A model generated the notes under the pieces. The model saw only the letters and a program-made list of their open reading frames with translations, ran no database searches and had not been told where the DNA came from. The translations under genes and the position numbers were made by a program. From the NCBI GenBank assembly GCA_976226885.1, contig OZ320315.1, forward strand, positions 106,082,001 to 106,146,000: 64,000 nt of DNA. The letters run 5' to 3'. Shown here in pieces: positions 38,939-50,344 of the stretch (the stretch's first letter is position 1; the number at the start of each line of letters is the position of its first letter). Source of the DNA: Iphione sp. A-MEVVRFRX5 (taxonomy: Eukaryota).

Positions 38939-39774
38939 TTAGTAGCGTACAAGCAGTATGGGCAGACATGCAAGTAGAATATGTTGTTAGATATATGTGG
39001 AGATGATTCATTACGCTTGGAGTAGTTCCATTTCGGACACGGCACTGAATTATCTTTACTAGGGATTAATTGCTTGGACTGTGTCTCTCTCATATGAATA
39101 TTGATGGCCCTCTGTTTCATTTGATGAATACGCTCAGTTTGCGACCATTGGAGCCTGTCATTTGATGTTTGCAACCAAAGTTTGTGTGCCCATTCCTTTA
39201 TGGCATCCCAGCTGGAGGCATGAACCTCTTCGGAGGCATCCCTTATGTGATTTAAAAGAACCTGGTAATCTACTGGGTAGCGCACTGAGTCATCGAGCAG
39301 CATGGACATGTTAGCGGCAACATACTGTGGGAAGGAGGCTTTACGGATATCAGATGTAGCATTGTCTTTCAAGATAATATAAGAGCATGGATTTGGCTTC
39401 GCTAGCCTCTTACCGACAGTCTCTAGAGCCTCAGGGTAGATCGTAGAGAAGATATCCTTGATTTGTCCCCCTGCTTCAGCCTTTATATGTGGAGGGTTTG
39501 GTATGCCATTGGTGTTGTCATTGTTGGTGTCGGGGTCCGTTGCAGGCGCGGGCGAATTTGAATCGTTCGCGCTGGTGCCTGCCGCTAATCCCTTAGCTGC
39601 TGACCTGGTGAGCACTGTAGAAGTGCCTTGTTTGGCCTTTGATTTCGAAGAAGACGGTTGATTTATGCCCATAGCATCGATCCTGTCCTCTAGGCTTTCA
39701 ATTTTGGCCAGTAGCTTCGCAAGCATATCAGCGGTTGGTGATTTCTCGGCGGGCTCCCCTTGTGTGTCGGGCAT
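38806..39774 (-). CDS. Gag-like ORF of the YR retrotransposon
   Basis: ATG 39774 (MPDTQG..., same start as the paralog at 59965); open frame; Cys/His cluster CPKWN...HVCPYC...H...C near the C-terminus; overlaps the pol start. Confidence 0.8.
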   Translation of the reverse strand: MPDTQGEPAEKSPTADMLAKLLAKIESLEDRIDAMGINQPSSSKSKAKQGTSTVLTRSAAKGLAAGTSANDSNSPAPATDPDTNNDNTNGIPNPPHIKAEAGGQIKDIFSTIYPEALETVGKRLAKPNPCSYIILKDNATSDIRKASFPQYVAANMSMLLDDSVRYPVDYQVLLNHIRDASEEVHASSWDAIKEWAHKLWLQTSNDRLQWSQTERIHQMKQRAINIHMRETQSKQLIPSKDNSVPCPKWNYSKRNESSPHISNNIFYLHVCPYCLYATNKQLDHKIDQCRNRRRQPQSQGSYTQPPANRNQDYRRQRQDPEW

Positions 39775-39799
39775 AATGGCTCGATCGTTGGACAACGTC

Positions 39800-39930
39800 T
39801 TCACCTTGGCGCAACCAAATATCCAATGACCCCCTTCGAGCAGTCGCCACGGCTTAGAGTATACAGGGAAACACGAGGGGGCGCCACCTTACATGCAATA
39901 AGAAGCGACCACTATTAGCAGTAGCTCACC
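39800..39930 (-). repeat. Split direct repeat A1 (131 bp)
   Basis: Identical to 35645-35775 except for one substitution. Confidence 0.95.
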
Positions 39931-40030
39931 ATTCTAGTACAGAGTAGAGGTACGGGACTTTATTACCAACTTCTCCTACGTCACACCTTGGAGTTTCAGT
40001 ATCTATCAATGGATAATGCCTTACTTTAAT

Positions 40031-42720
40031 TTTCAAATTTCAAATTTCAAATGTGTTTATTGACCATTCTTCGTATAACAACAAAGGTATCCTTGGGCAA
40101 TGCAAATGAAATAATTACAGACAATAAAACAAGTGGGACGAGTAGGAGTTTACAATAGTTTGAGACATGAAATACAGCAGTTGGAATTGAAATAGCAGAT
40201 GTACAATAGTATTGTTGCTGACTCTGTTGTAGTTAGTGCTGTCGGAAGCTACACTAGCGATTACCTTAATGGTTTGTTGCCACTGATAAATCTCAACAGT
40301 AGCCTACAATAAAACATCACCACAAATTGCGATGATCTCGCTGCAGTAATAAGCTCACTCGGTCAGGCCGGTCGGGGGGCAAGGGACAACGCATGCTAAT
40401 ATCAGTCTAACACAGTTTACTACTTGGTTTCCCTTCTAGTCCCGACGACTAAGGAGGAGTGTAGATCGGTTGGACCATGCTAGCACGGAAGTACGTTCCT
40501 CACTCCGGTCAGCATGCCGATCCAAGACTGATGCCAATTTGGCCTCAACACTCGACCAAGACTTTAGTGGACTGGCACTTGTAGGACTAGTCATGGCCCA
40601 CCAGCCTTTCGGCACGATTAGCCATCTGGGTCCAAGTGAGACATGATGCTCCTTGGCAGGTTCTCTAGACCTTTCAATTGGTCTGGCAGACTATTCCAGA
40701 GATTTGCTCCTCTGTACCGGATGCTCCTCTTAAACGTTTTCATTTTAGGACGATCCGTTCTGATCCTAGCTGACCTACCGACACGTGTTTTGGTGCCTTT
40801 AGCCATCGGGAGCAGTCTTAGTCTTACCTGTCGGTGTATTGCTGATAGGGCACGTCTGTGGACCACATCTTCAACTCTTGGTATAGCCCCAGACTCACAG
40901 ATCGTTTTGACAGTCATTCTGGGATTGATCTGGATGCACAGTCTAATACATCGATTTACGTGTATTTGTAGATTGTAGATCAATGCCTTGGAACAGCCAA
41001 ACAGCACAACAGAGCTGTATTCGAGATGTGGTTGGACAAGAGACTTAAATAGTCTCACCCGAGCACTCCAAGGCAGTAGCCTTTTCACTCTTGAGATTTT
41101 CAGGGCAGCCGTCCACATTTTGGTTTTGATTTCTTTGACCGCCTTGGATGCAGTAAGTTTGGCATCCAGCGTGTACCCTAGCAGTTTCACCTCGTTAGCT
41201 AGCACCATCTCTGATCCATTTATTTTCAGGTCAAGTGGTGTTCCAGCTGCTCTGCCCAAGGGCATATAGCAGCACTTGCCTTCAGACAAGAGTAAGCCTG
41301 CTGACTGACACCAGTCGGATACCGCCTCGATCGCCCATTGGCTCACGCTACGTAGACGCAATAGGTCTCGAGCACTTGATACGACAGACAAATCGTCTGC
41401 GTACATGACTGCTTTGGTGCCTTCTGGTAAGGTTGCGAGCAGCTCATCAATGACGAGGCAGAAGGCAATGGGACCGAACACGGAGCCCTATGGTACTCCG
41501 TGTTCAATTTGCCTAAGGGTAGAGTTGTGTCCCTTGCAACTAACGAACTGTGAACGATTGCTAAAGTAGCTGCTGATCATTTTACACACACGTACACATG
41601 CCTCTGTGGCTTTCAGCCGACGGATGACGCTCGAGGCAGGTACTAGATCGAAAGCCTTCCTCATATTGAAGGTTAGCAGGCAGCAGTATTGGCCTGCATT
41701 GTTTAGTTCATTGGAGGTACCAAGGATTGATACCAGAGCGGTCTCAGTGCTCCTTCCATGGCGGAATCCGTGTTGGTTCGGGCTGAGGAATTTGGCCTTC
41801 TCAAGATGTTGCACTAACTCAGACACGAACCACTTTTCAAACAATTTTCCGGGTAGCGGCAACACAGATACGGGTCTGTAGTTGCCTAGTGTGTTGTGAT
41901 CTCCACGTTTGTGTAGAGGGGTGACACATGCGGTCTTCCACTCTTCCGGGTATTGCTCTGTTTCCATGATCCTTGTGAAGATGCGCTGCAGGAAATCGAG
42001 GTTAAACATCAGGAGCGGCTTAAGTATCCTAGTGGGAATACCAACTACTTCCGATGCCTTGTGGATGTTCACCCCTTCTATCAACGGACAGAGTGACGCC
42101 GGGGGTGGGACGAGCAAGTTGAATGTCCCCTGATAGTTTGGTAGGGGATCGCCGCATCCCGGAGGATTCTGTGTAGCCAAAGGTGCAACCCCATCTATGA
42201 AGTAGTTGTTCAGCAGCTCAGCGACTGTCTGAGAGCGGTTGGTTGCTGTCTTGTGCCCCGTCTGGCAATGTCATGGCCGGTCGTTTCCTACCTAGGACAT
42301 CGTTCAAGACAGACCACACTTTGGAGCTATTACCTCCAGCAGCTCTCAGTTTGGAACTCCAGAAGCATTTCTGGTCTTGTTTGAGGGAATCACGGACTTT
42401 CTTATTCAAGAACTTGAAGATCCGGAATGCGTCTTCACACCCTTGTGACCTCCATTTGCGGAAGTAATATTGTTTGTCCGCAATAAGTTCCAAAGTCCCC
42501 TCACTCGGGCGGAATCCATCGTCACGTTTCCGTGACTTGACTGTGCGTACCGGACAGAGCTTCTCCAAGGCAGCCCGCGTGTGATCTGCAAATTGACGCC
42601 AGGTGCCTTGAGGGTCATCACGAGTTTGGTTGCTGTCTCGTCCCCCGTCTAAAAACTGATTTGAAAAATCTTTGAAATGGAAGAACTCATATAGCTTAGC
42701 ACCCATGCCAATGTCTTGTA
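40031..42720 (-). mobile_element. 5'-truncated CR1/L2-type LINE (RT, long 3' UTR, microsatellite tail)
   Basis: NYRPVSVLP, PNQHGFR, GVP*GSVFGP (Q to TAG at 41488-41490), MYADD; frameshift near 42240; AATAAA then (TTTGAAA)3 tail ending about 40031. Confidence 0.9.
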
Positions 42721-45133
42721 TGAATGCAAAAGAAAATGTTTTCCTAGTTTGATGTTTTTAGCAAAGCTGTTTTATTCTTACTACTATAAACATAAGAAGA
42801 GTTCACATAATCTGCCATGGATTTTAGACTCAATTATACAGAAAAAGATCACATAAAACAAGGCTAAGACATTTGCATATTTCTCATTGACCTTTATTTT
42901 GCAAATTTCTACAATTAGCACCTGTAAGTATACATGTTCCATGAAAAAAGGCCATCACTGCATGCATAAGTATCACTGATGCAGATTTGATACAACATGG
43001 GATATATGAAAAAATAGGCATACTCATAAATCGTTAAAGAGTACTTGTTATATAAGAACCTTAACAAAAAGTTATCAATTTCCTCTTAATTTATATGCCA
43101 GATATTGACAGAAGACTTTATATCATAAAAATCATATATAATGACCAGAAAATATTATAGAACAATAACATAGATGCAATGTCATATTTATAAAGGTTCC
43201 ACGAGGTCAGTTGTTATATTTTGAGTATTATTTCCAATAATAACTGTTCAGAACATACTAATAAGCTAAAGGTATAAACCTTCTGATATTTCACAAGAAT
43301 ATTTTGAGAATATTACAATGATTCATCAGTTTCTTAAGGTGGTCAACATGCTTATTTTTTAGGGTTTTAGAGGTCATGTGACAGCCTCTCCATGGTTACT
43401 GTGTTTCTTTTTCCCACATTTGAGATGACCCTAGGATGCACAAGGTATCTATATATATTTGTACTAGAAATAAGCCAAATGGATACAGGGGTTAATATTG
43501 AGACTTTTGTTATTGGTATCATCATGCAAAGATGCACAATTTGCCTATGGCTGGTCTGGCAGGGTTTAAGGTGACAAGTCAAAACGAATAGCTATTTATA
43601 CAATAACCCAGCTACAAACCTGATTCTCCCATAATCCAGACCAAACAATAAGAAGGCTCAGGGTTCAGAAAAACATTGTTTGCTGCCCAAGCTATCAATT
43701 ATCATGACTACACATTATAAATCTCAGATATGTGATATCTTTAGCAGAACATAAATCATTGGTCATTATAATTTTACTAGATGTTTTTATCATAATTATA
43801 CAATGTAATTTGTAACCCCCACAAGCTTCCATCCAGTTTTTATTTTAGTCCAGAATAGAACAGAAATTAGGCAACATAATATTATTACAAATGACTTGAA
43901 ATGTTATACAAATGTTCTATGATACACTAATGGAGATAAGAGTTTTGTAATAAAACTGGTATACATATGCATGTGTGTTAGCTGGTGTTTGAAGAGGGTA
44001 TGGTCTGGCCCCTTTGAAACCAGCTTGATTAGAAGGGATCTGGCCAAATCTTGATGAATAAAACATTGTTTATAGATTATAGACTCAAAAAGCATTCATA
44101 TTCAATTTACCTGAGGTAAAATAGGGATAACCTGCCAATGAAACCTCTTGTGTTAGGTCAAGCAAACAGCTAATGGTAGATACCCTGGAGAAAAGAATAC
44201 TTCTTATTAGTTGAACAAAACTTAGCCATTAAAAGTTCCCTACCTAGGGTACCTGGGGTTATCCTGATAAGCTGTATACCAAGATATGAGGAGACCTACG
44301 CTGCCATTTCCTGAAAAACGATCTTGTTTGTTATGCTATTTGACTAAACCGTTAACTTCATGACAGCTGTTTACCAGTTGTATGAAAAACAACCTCCTAT
44401 ATAGATGTTAACAAACTTAACAAAAACAATGTTTGTGCTATATTTTTCTAACTATATATAATCAAACAGTTGTTATATGTATGAATATGATCAATTATTT
44501 ACACCTCAGCAGTATGGTTTCTGATGGAATCATGATAGGCAGATGTCCATAGTTCATGTACAGTACCTCATGATACAAATGCCAACAATGTCTGTCACAC
44601 AATAAATTTATTTACAGTTAATGTTAAAGCTCTTGATAAGTAATTTTGATCTCATAAACATGCAGCATAATCATTCACTGATTTATTTAAGTATAGAAGA
44701 AAGTACTGTGCAGTTATTGGACAATATTTACTAGTTTGTCTGTCAATAGCACTACAAATAAACCTTATTGAAGATGACACACTGCTAGCATTTGTAAGGA
44801 CACAAGAGACTGGTCTGGGAAATACAGACTAATAATCACTAATAATACATTTGCCGAAAAAAAAAAAATTACAAGAAACCATGTTCAGACCTATAAATAT
44901 CCAGGAATCAAATTTATTAATAGTCTACAACAGGAATAGCTTCAGTACAAATATGAGGAAAATGTTCCTTTTAAGCAAGATTAATACATATTTTATAACA
45001 ATAGAAAAAACATGGAAGAAAGATACTACATTGGCTAGCTGGATCTGCTGGACAGTCCCAAAAACCTTATTTTACTGTGTCTACTGTGGAGATCCTCCTT
45101 CAGTCTGCCCCGAGATCGCCCTGACACACTGAA

Positions 45134-45291
45134 CAGGCCTGTAGCCGGGGTATCGTGGGTATCATCTGATACCCCCCATACACTTTCATAACTATAGGCC
45201 CTGATAGGGATAAAAATAAATTAGTTCCACCTCCTTGGGTATCAGGGGTATCGTCTGATACCCCCTAGAAACCTGCCTAGCTACGGGCCTG
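45134..45291. mobile_element. MITE (158 bp)
   Basis: TIR CAGGCCTGTAGC versus CAGGCCCGTAGC (11/12); direct repeat CTGAA on both sides (45129-45133 and 45292-45296); two internal GGTATCRTCTGATACC palindromes. Confidence 0.8.
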
Positions 45292-45381
45292 CTGAAGGAT
45301 GTCTGTCGCCCACTCCTTTGATGGACTCTCACACCTTGGAGGGGCCTGAGCTTGTCCTAAACACTTGGAGGTCTGTCACCC

Positions 45382-45388
45382 AGAGAGA

Positions 45389-45428
<40 letters not shown>
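45382..45428 (+). repeat. (GA)n microsatellite
   Basis: About 23 AG units with one interruption. Confidence 0.95.
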
Positions 45429-45431
<3 letters not shown>

Positions 45432-46492
45432 AGTAGCTCAGACACAGAGGACACCCCTAACTATGGACGGTTTGAGGTCAGTCCGGCCGATGTCCGTTGT
45501 AGAGGGGTTTTACTGTAGTTGTCTTCCCCCTGTGTTGATGCAGAGGCAGCAAGTGGGGTAATAGTTTGCTTAAAAATGTATCAAATGCTCTTATTAGTTC
45601 AGATCTATTACCCTGCTAGATGCACATATACATTGATAGATTTACTACTAGTTTGGTTCCTCTCTAACAAATACCAATTTGTTTTAGTAAAAGATAAGGT
45701 TTTGAATTTGAATTTGTTTCTATTAAACACCTCTGGGATACATACAATGGACAGCTACCAAAGTAACCCCATTATATGTCATGTAACCCCAGTGTGGTCA
45801 TAAGCTGATTGATTAGTTGCCTTTACCTGTAAAAATATTAGAGAGTTGATTTATGATAAATTAATCATAAACTCTATTCACAAACACATCAATTTCCTAC
45901 CATTCTTGCTATTATGACCATTTTAGGTCATTCGTACTAGAAATTAGTGAGCTTGAGGAGGTTAATATGTAAAGTATGGGGTGTGAAGTAGGGAGTTTAG
46001 AGCAAAACTTAATCATAGAATTTAAGGTAGGGTTAAGTTAGGGAGCATCAGGCAAACAATGACATATATCAAGACCCTAGGTGAACTGTAACATGAGTAG
46101 CTTATTTAGCGTTAAGAGTAGAGCTGATGTCAAGGGAGGGTCATGAGAGTACACCATTAGTTAAGTGAAATATCAAACAGGAAATTCTATAAAGTAGGAA
46201 CTGGGAGTTCAAGTGAAAGTTAACCTCTTTGTCATGAGCATGAGAATGACATGGCAGAACCTCCGGTTCAAAATAAGGATCAGTTCAAATAATGATACAA
46301 CTTTTGTGATGAAGAATGAAGTAGTTAAGGTCACATTGTTTGGAGAATGTTGAATGTAAATGTATGCAAATGATGTTTTGTTCTAGAATAAAAGAGAGAG
46401 CAAACTGACACTGAAGGGACAGAACCAGCCAGACCCCTGAGCCTGGTAGACCCTGACGACAGAAGACCTTGACTAAGCTTGCATTGTTATGA

Positions 46493-46933
46493 TGTAACAT
46501 GTCTCTCGTTTGCAGATCGGATGACTTTCGTGAAATAAAGGATGTCCACACAGATATGCATTAGTTGTGCTCAATTCCAAACTCTGATGAGAACTGTGTT
46601 TATTCAGAAAATTTGGGCCCTTATATACAGAGGCTGGCTCTAAAATTAGCCATGGTAGTACCAAAAAATATTAACATTCCCCAGAGATCTTTCTGGAGAA
46701 GCTCTTCTGGAATCGTCCATCATACTTAATACCTTTTTCATCTAAGATTCTTCTTGAGGAATACTTCTAGAACCATCTTAAGTACACACTCTCTCCGACT
46801 CGGAGAAGTTTCTGGAATGTTCTACCAACCCAACGACATTGGTGGCCTTTTTCGGAAGATTATCCTCCGAAACCCTTTCAGAGGAAACACTCTCAATGCA
46901 CATTTTGTACCTTCATAATCACAGATACACTAC
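46493..46933 (+). mobile_element. Partial LTR, paralog of 24904-25286
   Basis: Starts TGTAACATGTC; shares blocks such as GTTGTGCTCAATTCCAA, GGGCCCTTATATA and GGTGGCCTTTTTCGGA; similarity stops just before the TATA box of the other copy. Confidence 0.7.
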
Positions 46934-47259
46934 ACCTTAAGAGGGAAAACAGGGTTTTCACTCACCAATACTTACCAACCTTCCTCCGAGACCTTTTGGA
47001 ATTTCTGGACTTTTTTGACAGCAACCTGTTTCAGTTTTCATTCTTTAATTCCTAAGACATGGTTAAAAAGGGGGTTTTTGTAATTTTTTTCTTTTTATTA
47101 TTATTTTTTCTTGGATTGGTCTCACAGAGACCATAAGTCCTTTTTTTTTAGAACAGGGGAGGGATCATCAATTCAGTTCTTCCAGTCAATTATCCGAAGG
47201 AGGAAAAGCAGCAAAAGCAGGAGGAGACTTCATTGGTTCATTGTTTTTTAAAGTTCTTC

Positions 47260-48890
47260 TCAGGCCAGGAGTTCCACACGCGGGTTGGAGTTTCTGCATA
47301 CTTGGGCTTGTAGGGTGCCTTTTTGTTGAGATTCAACTCCTTCCGACATCATGTGGAGAATCTCCAACTCCGTCTCTGTGATCATCCTGGTATTGTTCCG
47401 TGAGGGAGACGAGGTGTCAAACAGTGGCATTATGGTGCTCGAGCTCATAATTCTCATCTTCCTCCAGTAATCCCCACTCCGTGATGCTTCCTGGCTGCCA
47501 GGATCAGGCAGGAGCAGCCATGGCCTGTCCCAGAGGGGTTTCAAGGGATCTCCGGGAACCAGAGGACCCTCTCCAAGAGCGATGGTGGTGGAGGAGGATA
47601 AGGATATGGCAAACTTCTGCTCAGGGGAGAACTGTTTCCACCCCTCCGGTGGCCATGCAATTTTCACCGTGTTCTTTGCAGTCTTGGTGGGAAGGCTTCG
47701 GATGACCCCACAGAAAGGTCGTACCAACCCGTCTGTGATGGAGTTGATCCACCTCCAGAATGCATCAGTGGATTTGCTTTTCTTCTGTTTTTCCTTACTC
47801 ATTCCCGCCTTCGGAATATCTAGTGCTATTAGGTTCTCCATCTGCTGCTCTGTAGCTATCCCCTCCTCAGGCCATGCTACTGTCTGCTGATTGGAGACTT
47901 CATGTTCCTGCTCCTCCAATCTCTCTCATTCTGCAGTCCTGGGCTGTGATTGACTTTGCTGTGTCAGCCTCTCCGGGACCATCTCCTCCTGAACTCCAGT
48001 CATCTCTCTATCCGAAGCGCGCCGACAGTAGTAGGTCCCTGCTGTTCAATAAATATCTTCGCTGCAGCTTGACACACATCAGGCGTATCATAAGATGTGC
48101 TGATATCACTGATGTCAAGTTCCCCACCCCCGGGTCGCTCCACCTCTTCTACACCTTCCTCAGACTTCTTCTTTGTCTGCCGCCGAGGTTGCTTGCAAGA
48201 CGGCCCACTCGAAGACCGAGCTTTAGCACTATCCTCCGAAATCTTGCGGCGTTGTTGTGACAGGGACACCGGGTCTCCTTCCTTCTCCCTCCAAGCCCTC
48301 ATCAACTGTGACGCTTCTGTCTACTCTTCTTCCATAGCTGACATCCCGCTTGGGATCTTCCAATGAGTAGGTTCCACTGCAAACAGGTGATATAAGTCTT
48401 TGCTCCCCACATACTGAAGAGCAACTTGTAAGTGCTGCGAGCGAAGATGGCTCTCCCAACCAGCTCTCCCAACCAGTCTCATTGCAAGCGTACACCAGGG
48501 GCACGCCATCCATCTTACTCGTCCTCCAGTCATTCCTTCGCGATGTTTCTCCCACACATATCATAGGAGATTGTATTTATTCACCACGGATGGGATATCA
48601 CAATGCGTACACTAAAACATCTCCCAAGACGCCATGTGCAAAGAACTTTCCTGTCGAATGCATCCTGGGATAACGTTATCCAGGGGTGAGCAATTCAAAA
48701 CTTCCCACCAACCCGCTTTTGAGAATGTTTTTATTTCGGTCGTCTTACCCCTTTCCTTCACCCACCCCCACCTCTCCCCGAGGGTGGGTTTGGAGTCTAC
48801 TGTAAGGATCCAGTCCAGTATATAAGGTTGATCATGGATCATTTTCCTCCCATTCTTTGATATCCTTCCACCGAACACATCGATATCCAC
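47260..48890 (-). pseudogene. Frameshifted long ORF of unknown function, probably an LTR-element accessory gene
   Basis: Track ORFs 48612-48890, 48000-48305 and 47260-47919 can be joined through intervening frames and several shifts into one Trp-rich, then acidic/low-complexity, then globular product; GC-rich compared with the flanks. Confidence 0.45.
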
Positions 48891-48951
48891 ACTGCTTGCC
48901 TTACGTTGTTATCCGGCCTGCCCTCGTGAATCAACTTCCCGCATCCAACAT

Positions 48952-49071
48952 GTAAGTCTCCATACTGAAAATTCCGATCAATTATCTCTCCCATCTTTCA
49001 ATCTCTAATTTTTTCACTCTAGTGAATTTTAGATATTTTTCACTAATGCTTTTCATTTTTCTTTGTTTTAG
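48952..49071 (+). other. Canonical 120-nt spliceosomal intron
   Basis: GTAAGT donor at 48952, CACTAAT branch site at 49041, TTTTCTTTGTTTTAG acceptor ending 49071; AT-rich inside a GC-rich context. Confidence 0.65.
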
Positions 49072-49737
49072 GGCCACCGCCCATCTGCCCTTACGATGAT
49101 TTCTCGGCACCTTCTGCCAGATGGGAGTTGTAGTGTGCTATTCTGGTGTTTCTGAGAAAACGTTGAGTTGGCTTTTGTCGATTCTGGGGTTGCCCTCGGT
49201 GTACGAGTGATGGCAATCTCTCCTCATTCCTCCAATCCACGCCCCATGCCCACTTTCATTCTCAGAAGAAGATGACAATGAGGGGGATGCAGAAACAGCT
49301 CCAATCCCATGGGCATGTCCCCACCCTCGTTACCGTGTCCAGTTGAATGTGGATGGTACATTTTCTGTCCAACGATCTACGACGAGGTGGGTCGGCGCAT
49401 ACCCATCCCGCCTCCTGCCCCCAAAATCTCTGCCTTCATGGCTCTCTCAGCCGATGCTCCAAAAGATTTTGACGGCGCAGTATACGTGAAGGGGGACATG
49501 ATATACCTTCCATTTGCTAATAGTATCGAGCGTGTGGTTGAACAAACACACCAAGGTGGTTTGGACCAGTATGTTCGTCTGGTCTACATGGCCGGCTTCA
49601 GAGAGATGGTAGGCATTCTCCAGAATTCTGTGGTGACCAAGATGCCCCCTACCCCTCCTTCCTCAGAAGCCTCCCTAGTGTGTTTTTCAGAGCTATCGTT
49701 GGAGGACGAACCTGACCAATAGCTCCTTCACTGCAAG
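49072..49737 (+). pseudogene. Exon of an unassigned, apparently frameshifted gene
   Basis: Bounded by the acceptor at 49071 and AAG|GTAAGT at 49738; contains ORF 49309-49722. Confidence 0.35.
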
Positions 49738-50344
49738 GTAAGTGTCACCTTCTTGGCTCTCCCTGAGTTGATAAGACTCTGCTGGAGTTTTTCATAGCCT
49801 TTCTTACCCATTTCGGCAATTTTCTTCCTACGTATTCATAAATTCTATTCTTGTGCACTACCGTCCTTTTTCCTATGCTTGTTTTCTGCACCACATGTCT
49901 TCCTTGATCTAATTCGCGCAAATAGAGGTATGGAACTCTCCATGTAAAACTCAATTTTTCTTTCTTTATCCATTGATATTTTTTTAAAATTAGTTTATTT
50001 ATCCTAGAGTGTATACACAGTAGTGCTTATTTCCAGCCATGATCTTATCTATAGTACATCGTCTACCATATCATAAGGGTTCTATAATGTTATATATTCA
50101 ATATAGCATTCTAAGTAATAAAGTACGAGATCTTGATACTGAATCACATTCAGTGCGTATGGAATTAATAACTATAGTCGAATTTCAAATTATTATGAAA
50201 TTTGCAGTTAATATGTTCTATTTCTGGTATGATACTGAATCACATTCAGATCAAAGGAATTTAGATACTTAGTCAGACAAAAATATATTAACAATCGGTT
50301 ATTAATTGGTTAATGATCGATAGCTGATAACATCAGGTTCCTTA

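Larger units (their letters stand above)
35347..39930 (-). mobile_element. Full-length DIRS-order tyrosine-recombinase retrotransposon with split direct repeats (PAT/Ngaro-type A...BA..B)
   Basis: A1 39800-39930; gag, RT/RNase H and YR; B1 35776-35970; A2 35645-35775; spacer 35542-35644; B2 35347-35541. No methyltransferase ORF seen. Confidence 0.92.

Noticed and set aside
40643-42467. Plus-strand ORFs overlapping the LINE (and similar ones over gag, pol, YR and Gypsy)
   Set aside because: Antisense shadows of GC-richer coding frames with no independent motifs.
50011-50331. Possible LTR (TGTATAC...GATAACA) with an internal 19-bp repeat
   Set aside because: No TSD, PBS or PPT, and no similarity to the LTR at 46493.
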